Part shown: positions 28,830 through 38,547 of the stretch, piece by piece
Position numbering within the stretch: the stretch's first letter is position 1
Layout: each line of letters opens with the position of its first letter
NCBI GenBank assembly: GCA_965223265.1
Contig: OZ244999.1
Location: 1,376,001 to 1,440,000, forward strand
DNA from: Planctomycetota bacterium
GTDB taxonomy: Bacteria > Planctomycetota > UBA8108 > SXIK01
Direction: 5' to 3'
DNA: 64,000 nucleotides
Program-made: the position numbers and the translations under genes
The notes under the pieces: generated by a model
What the model saw: the letters and a program-made list of their open reading frames with translations, nothing else
Databases searched by the model: none
Told to the model about the DNA's origin: nothing

Positions 28830-29894
28830 CTATACTTGCGCGTCCATTTTTTTCAACATCTCATTGAGACGCGTCATGTTGATCCGCATCGCTTCCTCCC
28901 GCGAGCCGCTTGCTGGGCGGAAGTGCGTCGACATTGACAGCACGACGTCGAGGCGGTCACGACGGAGTGTGCGTAGAATCGTTGGGTAATCCACGTCGCC
29001 CGTTCCGAACGGACGGTACTCGAATTTGAGGCGCAGGCCATCGAAGACGTGGAGGTCTTTGATGTGCAGGCCGTGTAGATACGGGCGGACGTTGCGGTAA
29101 CCAGCTGTGGCAGCATCTGACTCGCCGCAGTTGACGTTGTCGGCGGGCCCCCACATCACCTTCAGCCGCTTTGAACCGACGCGTTCGACGACGCGCCGAA
29201 AGTTGCCCGTAGTGTTCGTGTAGTTCCACGGCATCATCGACAGAGCGACGTCGACGCCATAGCGTTCGGCCTCGTCCGCCACTAGTGTGAAGGCCTTGAC
29301 GAGCTTCTCCATGTCGACGTCCGCGATGTAGCCGCCACGGGTGAGCCAGCGCATCGGCCACGTTGGCTTTCCGGCGCTATACTCGCCAGGCCACGCGAAT
29401 GTGAATGCGCCGACCGCGGAAACGCCGATGCGCGATGCGATCTGCATCGACCGCACCAAGGCATTGAAGTCGCGCCGAAAATCGGCCTGATCTGGGAGTG
29501 TCTTCACTTTCAAGTCGGTGAGGTGAATTTTTTTGAACGGGTTGTCTGCATTGAGGAGAAAGATCGCGAGCCCATGTCGAGCCACGCGCTGTGCCATGCG
29601 ATCAACCGTTGCGTCGTCCATCTCCGCGATCGGAGGTTCGTCGAGCATGCGGTTGAACCAAACGTACTGTGCGCCGAGCTCTTTGGCTTTCGCCAACGAT
29701 GCGTCGAACGGCAGGTTTAGCTCCGGCAGGTACATGCCGAGCTTGAAGCGGTACGCACCGTCATCCGAGGCGTTCTGACCGCGCTGCGACACGTCACCCG
29801 CGGCGGCGGGCGATGCGTGCGCTCCCAGTGCCGCAGTGCCCGCCAAGCCGATCGTGGTTTTCTGAACGGCGGTCAAAAAATCTCTGCGGTTCAT
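28830..29894 (-). CDS. Sugar phosphate isomerase/epimerase (TIM barrel), Tat-exported
   Basis: MNRRDFL; WGPADN; LHIKD; GTGDVDY. It is first in a three-gene minus-strand operon. Confidence 0.82.
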   Translation of the reverse strand: MNRRDFLTAVQKTTIGLAGTAALGAHASPAAAGDVSQRGQNASDDGAYRFKLGMYLPELNLPFDASLAKAKELGAQYVWFNRMLDEPPIAEMDDATVDRMAQRVARHGLAIFLLNADNPFKKIHLTDLKVKTLPDQADFRRDFNALVRSMQIASRIGVSAVGAFTFAWPGEYSAGKPTWPMRWLTRGGYIADVDMEKLVKAFTLVADEAERYGVDVALSMMPWNYTNTTGNFRRVVERVGSKRLKVMWGPADNVNCGESDAATAGYRNVRPYLHGLHIKDLHVFDGLRLKFEYRPFGTGDVDYPTILRTLRRDRLDVVLSMSTHFRPASGSREEAMRINMTRLNEMLKKMDAQV

Positions 29895-30116
29895 GGATCA
29901 GTGTCCTCCAGTGGTGCCGCTGGCTGTTCTGGGCTCGAATTTGGTCCGCTGAGAATCGTACGGCCCTGAATCAGAACGTTCCATACCAATACGGATTTTG
30001 AGACTCGACGCACAGGCCCACAATGGTGGCGCCATCGTGCCGAGACCTGACACGAAGTTCCTGAGAGTCGCGATTTTCTAGAAAAAGAAGAGTCGCCGAG
30101 GTGTCTTCGCTCTCCC

Positions 30117-31613
30117 TTAGGAAACGGGTAGCTCGATCACAACTCGTGTTCCACCACTGCATGGGCAATCTATCGAAATCTCGCCTTCGTGGAGCTCCAC
30201 CACGCGCTTCGCGATCGGCAGACCGAGTCCGGTACCACCACCTTTGGTGGTAAAGAACGGCTCGAAGATCCGTGCGAGCCGGTCGGTGGGGATTCCTGGC
30301 CCAGTGTCGGTCACGGTGATGCGACACTGGTCCCCCGGACAACGAACTTCGACGTGAATCTTCCCCTTTCCTTCCATCGCCTGCGCTGCATTGTGAAACA
30401 CGTTCAAAAACACCGGCCGCAGGAGCTCGGCGTCGCAGCAGCAGGTCGCGGACGCGTCGCAGTCAAGCTCGATTTCGACTCCATCGAACCCTGCGTCTCT
30501 TGCGACGAGAGCTATGAGATCGTCAAAGATGATCCTGGCGGGAGTCGCTATCTTGTTCGGTGTCCTTGGTCTCGAGTAAGTGAGTATGTCTTTCACGCCT
30601 TCGCTTAAGCTCAAAGTGCGCGAAATGGTTTCGTCGATGACGTCGCGCTCAAATGACCCCTCATCCATACGCCGTTGAAGAAGACGTAGACCGCTGATGA
30701 TTCCGGCAAGTGGGTTCTTGACCTCGTGTGCTACGATCGCTGACATCTCTCCAAGCTTGGCGAGACTTTCTTGATGAAGAAGCTTCTTTGTCAGCGCCTT
30801 GCGTTCTGTGATGTCGACGATGATTGCGACGAAGACGGGTCGATCGTCGACAAAGGTCGTGTGCTGGAGGTGAACTTCCACACTGTAGTGCGTGCCGTCG
30901 CTTCTTCGATGAATCGTCTCGAAGACTGCGCTCTTTTTCTCTCCCGAGCGGAGCGGCGAGAGGAGTTCTTGAAACGACTGCAAAGTGAACTCAGGTTTCA
31001 GGTCTATGGGAGTGAGCTTTCGGAGCTCGTCGAGTGTGTATCCGAGGTTGACCCGTGCACCATGATTGACTTCGAGAAAGCGCAGCGTCTCTTCATCAAA
31101 GACGTAAATCTCATTCAGCGACTCCTCGATAATTCGCCCAAACGCTTCGCTTCGAGTCTCCGCGGACTTCCGCTGGGAGATATCGCGCACAATCCCAGTG
31201 AACATGCGGCGTCTCCCGATGAGCATTTCGCTCACCGACAAACTCATCGGAAAGACAGTGCCGTCTTTTCGCCGGCCTTCGACGTTTCGTCCGGTGCCGA
31301 TGACCTTGGGGTCGCCTGAGAGGAGATAGTTTCGAATGTAGCCGTCGTGCTCCTCGGCGTAAGGCGGCGGCATGAGTACGGAGACGTTTTTGCCGACGAC
31401 TTCCTCGGGGTCATAACCGAAAACGCGAGCAAGAGCTGGATTGGCGGACTCGATAGCCCCTGTCTCGTCGATGACGATGATGGCGTCGATCTCGGTCGTG
31501 AGGATCGCGTGGAGGCGGGCCTTCGTGTCACGAAGCGCCTGCTCGTTTGGGTCAGCTGGAGGATCGTCGAAACGGGTTGCTCCGAGCGCCTTCTGAGGTT
31601 CCCTACGCACCAT
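30117..31613 (-). CDS. Soluble FixL-like heme-PAS/PAS sensor histidine kinase
   Basis: PAS1 LMPPPYAEEHDGYIRNYL..GDPKVIGTGRNVEGRRKDG (FixL heme His), a second PAS, H-box AHEVKNPL, N-box, DTGPGI, FEPFFTTK and GTGLGL. GGGAGGG precedes ATG 31613. Confidence 0.9.
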   Translation of the reverse strand: MVRREPQKALGATRFDDPPADPNEQALRDTKARLHAILTTEIDAIIVIDETGAIESANPALARVFGYDPEEVVGKNVSVLMPPPYAEEHDGYIRNYLLSGDPKVIGTGRNVEGRRKDGTVFPMSLSVSEMLIGRRRMFTGIVRDISQRKSAETRSEAFGRIIEESLNEIYVFDEETLRFLEVNHGARVNLGYTLDELRKLTPIDLKPEFTLQSFQELLSPLRSGEKKSAVFETIHRRSDGTHYSVEVHLQHTTFVDDRPVFVAIIVDITERKALTKKLLHQESLAKLGEMSAIVAHEVKNPLAGIISGLRLLQRRMDEGSFERDVIDETISRTLSLSEGVKDILTYSRPRTPNKIATPARIIFDDLIALVARDAGFDGVEIELDCDASATCCCDAELLRPVFLNVFHNAAQAMEGKGKIHVEVRCPGDQCRITVTDTGPGIPTDRLARIFEPFFTTKGGGTGLGLPIAKRVVELHEGEISIDCPCSGGTRVVIELPVS

Positions 31614-31719
31614 AAGCCAACCCTCCCGCCTGCGTGACCGGCAGTGGAAAAACTGGCAAGCTGCGGAAAACTCCGCCAGGACCCGCCGGATGTCCTTCGC
31701 GTAGCTTGCGGTCATGCTC

Positions 31720-31735
31720 TGGCACAGCGATTGCT
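31720..31735 (+). promoter_or_regulatory. Sigma-54 (-24/-12) promoter for the response regulator
   Basis: TGGCAC-AGCGA-TTGCT with exact GG-N10-GC spacing, followed by an AGGAG RBS and ATG 31767. Confidence 0.7.
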
Positions 31736-31766
31736 AGCATTGTCGCCACAGGAGTAGAATACGTCA

Positions 31767-32159
31767 ATGGTGTTTGAAAAAGACGATAACAAGTGGCCTA
31801 CCATCCTGCTCGTCGAAGACGATCGGCTCTACCGGCTCGGACTTGTCGAGGAGCTCGAGCGGGCGGGCTACACCGTCGTTCAAGCGACGAATTGCGAGGA
31901 GGCTCGTGCCAGATTCCGAGACGGGATCGACTTGGCGATTCTTGACTATCACCTTCCGGATTGCACTGGCTTCTGCCTTCTCGATGAAATCCGGCAAGCT
32001 CAGCTGTGTTACCCGACGCTCATTCTTACGGCTCATGCGACGGACGAAGGTGCCAGCGAAGCCAAGGCGCTCGGGGCAAGCGCGTACCTGAGCAAACCAG
32101 ACTTGGTCGAAGAGGTGCTACCGGTGATCGAGACGCTGCTCGGGGCTGCTTCGTCTTGA
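31767..32159 (+). CDS. Single-domain response regulator (CheY-like receiver)
   Basis: ILLVEDD, ILDYHLPD, LTAH, GASAYLSKP. No output domain. Confidence 0.92.
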   Translation: MVFEKDDNKWPTILLVEDDRLYRLGLVEELERAGYTVVQATNCEEARARFRDGIDLAILDYHLPDCTGFCLLDEIRQAQLCYPTLILTAHATDEGASEAKALGASAYLSKPDLVEEVLPVIETLLGAASS

Positions 32160-32279
32160 GAGACAGTTCTCGATCATCATCGCGATGAGCGGATGCGGTT
32201 GGGCGCTGTAATGCGTGGTTTCGAACGACCTGGCCGAACCGGCCCGAAGTGGTCGGATAAGCGGCTGCCCGTTCTGCTG

Positions 32280-33935
32280 TCACTCTTCGTCTCTCACTTC
32301 GAACACTTCGAACTCGAAGCGCACTTCGCGTGAATCGCGATAACCCAACCGAACCGCCTTGAAGCGCATTCGAGTAGTTTGTCGAATTTTGAGCGGCGTC
32401 GTGTACAGCTTCCAGTGCGGCGACTCACCTGCGTCAGTTGTGTAGGCGATGGAGGCTCCCTCGGTGTCACAAGTGACGTGCACGTCCACCGCGTGATCGA
32501 AGCGCCCGCCGGGCGGCCGCACGGCAGGCGCAGCGGCGGTGGACCATTTGCCGTCAGGACGCATGCGCTCGTCAAGCTCAGACTCAACAGTGAAGCCCTG
32601 GTCTGCAGTGTCTTGCATCCAGTGTTCCAATGCGGTTCGCAGGCGCTCTAGGTGCTTGTCGTAGTCGGGGAGGCCGACAAGGTTGCGGACTTCATGTGAA
32701 TCGACCGTCGTATCGTAGAGTTCTTCTCGAGGCTTTTGCGGCAGAAAAAAGTTTCTTTCTCTACCCTTGAGTTTGCCACTGCGGTGGAGCCGACGCATCT
32801 CGATCAGGGTCGGCATCTTCTCGGCGTACTCGATCACTTGAGAGTAGGGCTTCTCCGGTTCGAAGTTGCGGATGTACTTGAACCGGGTATCGCGGACGGC
32901 TCGGATGATGTCGTATGTCTCATCCATTCGATCTCGCGCTGCGAAAACGTGCTCCGGCGGAGGTTGTGACTTCGTGCCAACAAAAATGCGGCCGTCCATG
33001 CGAGGCGGCGGCGCGATTCCGCAGAGCGCCAGAGTCGTCGGTGCGAAGTCGACGAAGCTGACAAGGTCTCGACATACCGTCTGCGATTCGATGTGCCGAG
33101 GCCATCGAACGATGAGTGGAATGTGGATCCCTGAGTCGTAGATCCACCGCTTCGCGCGAGTCAGGCCACGACCGTGATCGGAAAAGAAAAAGACGATGGT
33201 GTCGTCTCTGAGCCCATCTCGCTCGAGCCGATCGAGAACGTCACCTACTTGCGCATCGACTGCCTGGAGTAGGTCATAGTAGCGAGCGATGTATTTACGT
33301 ACGACGGGCGTGTCCGGATAGTAGGGTGGGACTTCGACCTGCGTCGGGTCCTGCCGATCTCCAGGCCGCAAGTGTTGCGTCGCCTGCGCATACATCCCCG
33401 GTTCGCGGTCGCGGATACGACTCTCGTGCGTTGTGACGAAATTGATCACCGAAAAGAAGGGTTGATCGGGTGCGCGGCCCCGCCAGTCGGCACCGGCACG
33501 ATTCTCGTCCCATGCGGTCAGAGGCACGGGAAAGTTGTAGTGGGTCTTTCCCGTGTTGGTACAGTAGTAGCCCGCAGCGCGCAGGTATTCCGTGAAACAC
33601 TTCACGTAAGCCGGTGGAACGACGTTGTCGTCCATGTGATGAGTGCCGATGCGCGTTGGATACATCCCTGTGATGATCGCGGATCGACTCGGGGCGCAGA
33701 CGCCTGAGACCGAGAATGCTCGAGTGAAGCGAGCGCCCTCGCGAGCCAGCTGGTCGATGCGAGGAGTTCGTGCCAGGCGATCGCCGTAGCAGCCGAGATC
33801 TGGGCTCGCGTCTTCGATCGTGATCCAGAGGATGTTCGGGTGCGGAGTCGTCGCACCGGTACCGAACGTGAGGCGTGGCGACAAGGTGCAAAATACGGCA
33901 AGAAGCCACATCGCACGGACTGTCCGCGAACCCAT
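32280..33935 (-). CDS. Sulfatase with C-terminal chitobiase/FN3-like domain
   Basis: PNILWITIED, CAPSR, FFSDHG, ARDRMDE; C-terminal P.GG.F...EGASIAYTTD...W.LYT.PL.I module. Confidence 0.9.
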   Translation of the reverse strand: MGSRTVRAMWLLAVFCTLSPRLTFGTGATTPHPNILWITIEDASPDLGCYGDRLARTPRIDQLAREGARFTRAFSVSGVCAPSRSAIITGMYPTRIGTHHMDDNVVPPAYVKCFTEYLRAAGYYCTNTGKTHYNFPVPLTAWDENRAGADWRGRAPDQPFFSVINFVTTHESRIRDREPGMYAQATQHLRPGDRQDPTQVEVPPYYPDTPVVRKYIARYYDLLQAVDAQVGDVLDRLERDGLRDDTIVFFFSDHGRGLTRAKRWIYDSGIHIPLIVRWPRHIESQTVCRDLVSFVDFAPTTLALCGIAPPPRMDGRIFVGTKSQPPPEHVFAARDRMDETYDIIRAVRDTRFKYIRNFEPEKPYSQVIEYAEKMPTLIEMRRLHRSGKLKGRERNFFLPQKPREELYDTTVDSHEVRNLVGLPDYDKHLERLRTALEHWMQDTADQGFTVESELDERMRPDGKWSTAAAPAVRPPGGRFDHAVDVHVTCDTEGASIAYTTDAGESPHWKLYTTPLKIRQTTRMRFKAVRLGYRDSREVRFEFEVFEVRDEE

Positions 33936-34131
33936 GACGCGAAACTTGTCCGGTGCTGCTGTCCTGGCGTTGTAGATGATCATGAATCTCACATGGAAAA
34001 GCGGTTCGACACTTCTTCCACCGCCTGCTGTAACACATACTGGTTGCGGACTCTCTTGACTCCCCTGCCCCTCCGGCCGGAACATCTGTCCCGGCACGTA
34101 TTCATGACAACACCAACTTATGGAGAGATCA

Positions 34132-36585
34132 ATGACGCTGCAGTCTTCCGCGCCTCCGCAGCCGCTGCTCGCTCAACGTGTTGCTATCGTCTCTCTTTTC
34201 GTCCTGCTCGTAGCAGGAACAGAGGCGGCAGCGGGGGAGCGCATTGTCGCCGCCGACCGGGCGCGCGCCGATGCGGACTCTGGCCTGCTGTGGTACGACC
34301 TTCGTTTGCTGGACGTCGAAGGGCAAGGCTGGACCGACACACTCGCTCCGTACGATCGACTGCCCCGAGAGGCTGAATCAACCGTGCGCCCAGCGCTTTG
34401 GAATCTCAGTCGACACTCGGCAGGTATTTGTGCACGCTTCGTCACTGACGCTCCTGAGATCCATGTGTCGTGGACGCTGACTAACGAACGGCTGGCCATG
34501 CCTCACATGCCAGCTACCGGAGTGAGCGGGGTCGACCTTTACGCGCGATCCGATCAGGGTGAGTGGCGCTGGCTCGCGGTAGGCAGACCAGACGGGACGA
34601 AAAACACGGCTCGATTGGCCTCCGGCATCGCGGTGGGGCGACGCGAGTACTTGATGTACCTGCCGCTTTATAACGGTGTCTCGTCGGTGGAGATTGGAAT
34701 TCCACGCGACAAGGCTTTGGCGCGAGCGGAGCCGCGCGCATCCACCCATCGCAGACCTCTTGTCTTCTACGGCACGTCCATCACCCACGGTGCCTGTGCC
34801 TCGCGCCCCGGGATGCCGCACCCGGCGATCCTCGGACGCTGGTTCGAGCGCCCGGTGATCAACCTTGGCTTTTCCGGCAACGGTAAGATGGAGCCTGAGG
34901 TGACCGTGCTCCTCGCCGAGCTCGACGCCGCCGTCTATATCATCGACTGCCTGCCGAACATGAACGCGGCAGAAGTCAGCGCGCGGACCGGGCCGCTCGT
35001 GCGGGGGCTGCGCGCAGTGCGCCCGGCAACACCGATCCTGCTCGTCGAGGACCGCAACTACACCAATTCGTTTCTCCTCGAGACGCAGCGAGAGCGTAAC
35101 CGCACGAATCAGGATGCTCTCAAGCACGCGTATTGGGAACTCCGTGACGCCGGAGTTCGCGGCCTCTACTATCTCGACGGAGAGAAGCTTCTCGGTGCTG
35201 ACGGTGAAGACACCGTCGATAGCTCGCACCCGTCGGACCTCGGTTTCATGCGGCAGGCCGAGGCCTTTCGCACCGCCCTTGAACCGATCCTGCAAAGGGA
35301 GACGGGGACTCGCGGAAGCGCATCGGCGAACTCAACCAGTGGCGGCACGACTGTCCGCGTGGCTGCCATCTCATTTGTCCCGGAGAAGTACAACCTCCAA
35401 GGTAACACTGACCGCCTCGAGCAGGCGTTCCGCGACGCGGCGGCTGGTGGCGCCAAAATCGCGGTCGCGCCGGAGGGCGTCCTCGAAGGCTACGTTGTCG
35501 ATGGCATCGTCGCCGGCGAGGTTCCTGAGGAGGAAATGAAGAAGGTCGCCGTCGAGATCGATGGTCCCGTGATCAAGAGATTCCAGGCACTAGCCAAGGA
35601 GCTTGAGATGAGTCTGGCGTTCGGATTCGCCGAGCGCATCGATGGCGACGTGTTCAACTGTGCAGTCTTCATCGACGATCAAGGGCGCGTGCGTGGGAAG
35701 TACCACAAGATGCAGCTGGCCGAAGGCTACCACCCCTCCTGGTGGTTCAATCGCCTTGGGCGGCAGAGTCGTGCATTCGACACGCCGTACGGCCGCTGCG
35801 GGTTTTTGATCTGCAACGATCGTTGGAATCCGCAGCTGGCACGCATTCCCGTGCTTGACGGCGCCAGGTTCTTGATCATCCCGTCGTTCGGATCACGCTC
35901 CAAGAATCAAGACGACGCCGTCTTAGGTCGCGGACGCGAAAACGGCGTGCCGGTGATCGAAGCCAACGTCGGTGTCACCCTCATCGTCGATCAAGACGAG
36001 ATCGCGGCTGTCGATCGGAGCGAGGTGGCGATTACGTATGGCAGCATCACGATCCCCGAATCTGTAGACCCTCAACCGCTCGAGCGCGATCGGATCGAAG
36101 GGGAGTTTCTGGATTGGCGCAGACGAGAGATGAAGCGGCGCTTCATGCGCAGGATGCAGCGAGTTGCGCAAAAGCGATTCGGAGGGATTGCGAACGTCGG
36201 GGTGGAAAAGCAGGAGTTCGTCGATGACACGCTCATCCATCAGATGTCGGGCGCGTCGCGTACGACCGACGCCGCAGGGGGATTCGTCGCGATCGAGACT
36301 GGAAGGTCGCAGGGCACGATCGTAACGAAGGCGCTCACCACGTCCGGGCAGAAACTCTACATCGACGTCGATGCACGCGGTGGTTCGATCTCGGTCGAGC
36401 TTCTCGGCGCCAACGGCAAGACCCTAAAAGGTTTCGAGCACTCCGCCGCGCAGCCGATGACGGGCGACGGTCTCCAGCGCGTTGAGTGGACACGGGGCGC
36501 CCGGCTTGCCAACCTCGCCGAACTACCAATCGTCATGAAGTTCTACATGAAGCAGTGCAAGCTGCGCGGGTTTGAGTTTCGCTGA
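34132..36585 (+). CDS. Secreted fusion: SGNH/GDSL esterase plus carbon-nitrogen hydrolase (nitrilase family) plus C-terminal beta-sandwich
   Basis: SGVDLY, FYGTSITHG, NLGFSGNG, DCLPN and DSSHP (SGNH); PEG, YHK and ICND (Glu-Lys-Cys triad); the terminal domain resembles the neighbour's scaffold. Confidence 0.85.
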   Translation: MTLQSSAPPQPLLAQRVAIVSLFVLLVAGTEAAAGERIVAADRARADADSGLLWYDLRLLDVEGQGWTDTLAPYDRLPREAESTVRPALWNLSRHSAGICARFVTDAPEIHVSWTLTNERLAMPHMPATGVSGVDLYARSDQGEWRWLAVGRPDGTKNTARLASGIAVGRREYLMYLPLYNGVSSVEIGIPRDKALARAEPRASTHRRPLVFYGTSITHGACASRPGMPHPAILGRWFERPVINLGFSGNGKMEPEVTVLLAELDAAVYIIDCLPNMNAAEVSARTGPLVRGLRAVRPATPILLVEDRNYTNSFLLETQRERNRTNQDALKHAYWELRDAGVRGLYYLDGEKLLGADGEDTVDSSHPSDLGFMRQAEAFRTALEPILQRETGTRGSASANSTSGGTTVRVAAISFVPEKYNLQGNTDRLEQAFRDAAAGGAKIAVAPEGVLEGYVVDGIVAGEVPEEEMKKVAVEIDGPVIKRFQALAKELEMSLAFGFAERIDGDVFNCAVFIDDQGRVRGKYHKMQLAEGYHPSWWFNRLGRQSRAFDTPYGRCGFLICNDRWNPQLARIPVLDGARFLIIPSFGSRSKNQDDAVLGRGRENGVPVIEANVGVTLIVDQDEIAAVDRSEVAITYGSITIPESVDPQPLERDRIEGEFLDWRRREMKRRFMRRMQRVAQKRFGGIANVGVEKQEFVDDTLIHQMSGASRTTDAAGGFVAIETGRSQGTIVTKALTTSGQKLYIDVDARGGSISVELLGANGKTLKGFEHSAAQPMTGDGLQRVEWTRGARLANLAELPIVMKFYMKQCKLRGFEFR

Positions 36586-36595
36586 GCGGAGAGGA

Positions 36596-38128
36596 TCACA
36601 CGAACTGGATCGAGTAGAGCGCAGCGTTACGCATCTCGAAACGAATGCGCACGGGTTTGCCCGCGAGCGGCGCTAAGCTTTTGCCTTGCCAAGTGACTTC
36701 ATGCACGCCGCTTTTCACGAGCGGCTGGCAACGATCGATCGTGAACCCTGCGATCGTGCCGCCTGAGGGACCTTCGAGCGCGACGCGGACGTCGCATTCG
36801 TCGAAGCGCGGTGGGATCCGAGGTGACTGCTGCGGCGTGCCCGCCTGGAGGTCGACGTGTAGCTTCGATCCGGTGAAAAGGAGCGGCTGCGTCACCAGCG
36901 TTGCGCGGTACGGACCGGCCACTAGTCCGACCCAGCGATCGCGCGGCAGCGTGCACAGCGCAACGTTGGCGTCGTCGGCGCGACGGCTCGGTTCGGGGCG
37001 TGCGTGCGCGCGGTTGAGAGCCGTGTAGTAGACGAACACCTCGTCGTCGCGGAAAAGAGGCGCCGAAGGAACGGTGTGGAGCATGCGGCCGTCCTCGTGC
37101 GTGCCTATCGCCTCGTGCCCAAGGAACGGAACCTTGCGGTCGACCCATGTCCAGTGAAAGCCGTCACGACTGCTCATGAGGTAGACGCTCACCGAGTGCT
37201 GGAACGACTCCAGCACCGTGTTGAGTCCGATGTAGAACTCGCCGTCGATCGCGCCCGTCATGTGTAAATACTGGTGGTCGTAGCGGTCGTCGTGATCCGG
37301 AGTCAACATGACGCGTGTCGGCGTCCAGTGGATGAAGTCATCACTCGTGGCGTAGCCGAGCGAGCGGATGTGACGATGATCTCCCGTGCCGTAGATCTCA
37401 GGTGCGAGGCCATGTCCGGGGCGTGCCCACAGCACGTACTTGTCGATCTTGTGATCCCAACCGAGGAGATAGGTGCCGTCACCCATGTTTGGTCCGTGCT
37501 TGATGAGAGGATTGCCCGGGCGCACGTGCCAATGAATGCCGTCGGGCGAGAAGGCGACGACAGCACCGCCGGTATGATTCGGCACGGGACCGTCGAATTC
37601 ACCCCACGCCTTGTACCGTCGCGCCGGGTCAGGATCGTGGGAGTCTTTGAACACACCCGAGAAGCTCGGGTCGTTCCAGAACGCGACGATGTTGTTGGCC
37701 TTTGAACCGTTGAATTCGAACAAACCAAGCTCGGGTTTTTCCCAGTTTTGGCCATCCTCCGACACCGCGTAGCACCAGGCACGCCCGCGCCCTGGCACGG
37801 CCGAAGCGTTGTACCACATCTTGAACTTCGCTTCGTCAGCGTCGTAGATGACCGCTGGACCGTGCAGCGACACGCGTCCATCGGATTCCCATGGGCGGTC
37901 GGCGACGAGAACTGGATTGTGAACTGAAGGCGTCGGGCGTGTGAGCACCGGCCGGATCTTGGTGGCCTGAAAGACGAGCAGGTCATCGAGAAACGGCTGC
38001 TTGGTGCTGCCGATATCGATGATCCCCGGCACGGGCGGGCTGGCGGGTGTGAACAAGCGGTCGCGCGCGAGGAGGGGAGAGGTGACGAATATCGACGCGC
38101 AGGTTTGGAGGAAGCGGCGGCGGTTCAT
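36596..38128 (-). CDS. Tat-exported five-bladed beta-propeller glycoside hydrolase-like protein (GH32/43/130-like clan)
   Basis: MNRRRFL; NPVLVADRPWE, YAVSEDGQNWEKP, FSPDGIHW, TSDDFIHW, SSRDGFHW; C-terminal sandwich ending ALYSIQF. Confidence 0.82.
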   Translation of the reverse strand: MNRRRFLQTCASIFVTSPLLARDRLFTPASPPVPGIIDIGSTKQPFLDDLLVFQATKIRPVLTRPTPSVHNPVLVADRPWESDGRVSLHGPAVIYDADEAKFKMWYNASAVPGRGRAWCYAVSEDGQNWEKPELGLFEFNGSKANNIVAFWNDPSFSGVFKDSHDPDPARRYKAWGEFDGPVPNHTGGAVVAFSPDGIHWHVRPGNPLIKHGPNMGDGTYLLGWDHKIDKYVLWARPGHGLAPEIYGTGDHRHIRSLGYATSDDFIHWTPTRVMLTPDHDDRYDHQYLHMTGAIDGEFYIGLNTVLESFQHSVSVYLMSSRDGFHWTWVDRKVPFLGHEAIGTHEDGRMLHTVPSAPLFRDDEVFVYYTALNRAHARPEPSRRADDANVALCTLPRDRWVGLVAGPYRATLVTQPLLFTGSKLHVDLQAGTPQQSPRIPPRFDECDVRVALEGPSGGTIAGFTIDRCQPLVKSGVHEVTWQGKSLAPLAGKPVRIRFEMRNAALYSIQFV

Positions 38129-38547
38129 GGAGTGATTCTCCGGTTGACCTGACGACTGGTGCGTTGAGCCGACTGACGAACAATTCTTGCACGAACCGGA
38201 ACCTTGGCGCGACACTGATAACTGGTCGAAGTTGAGGTGATCATCGGAGTTCGCTCGACGACTCACGCTCACCGATAGAAGAGTTTTAGTGATCGGAGCA
38301 CCTGTTTGATCTTTGACCGCAGCGGTCGGTGCGTTGAGAGGAACGGACTTACAGTCGACCGATTGGTTCCCATGGGCGATGACGGGGCGTCGTGGTCCAA
38401 GGCGTTGCTCGCCGCCGCAGATCGAAGCTGGTGAATCTGCCTATCGTGCACGTAGGAGCGACAGCCAAGATTTTGCCGTCCGTCCCTACCTCGACGACGT
38501 ATAACCCTCCAAACGCTGACGACGGTTCCGATCGAGGAATAGGCACG

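Noticed and set aside
27746-28867. 373-aa plus-strand ORF
   Set aside because: It is antisense to the Gfo/Idh/MocA gene.
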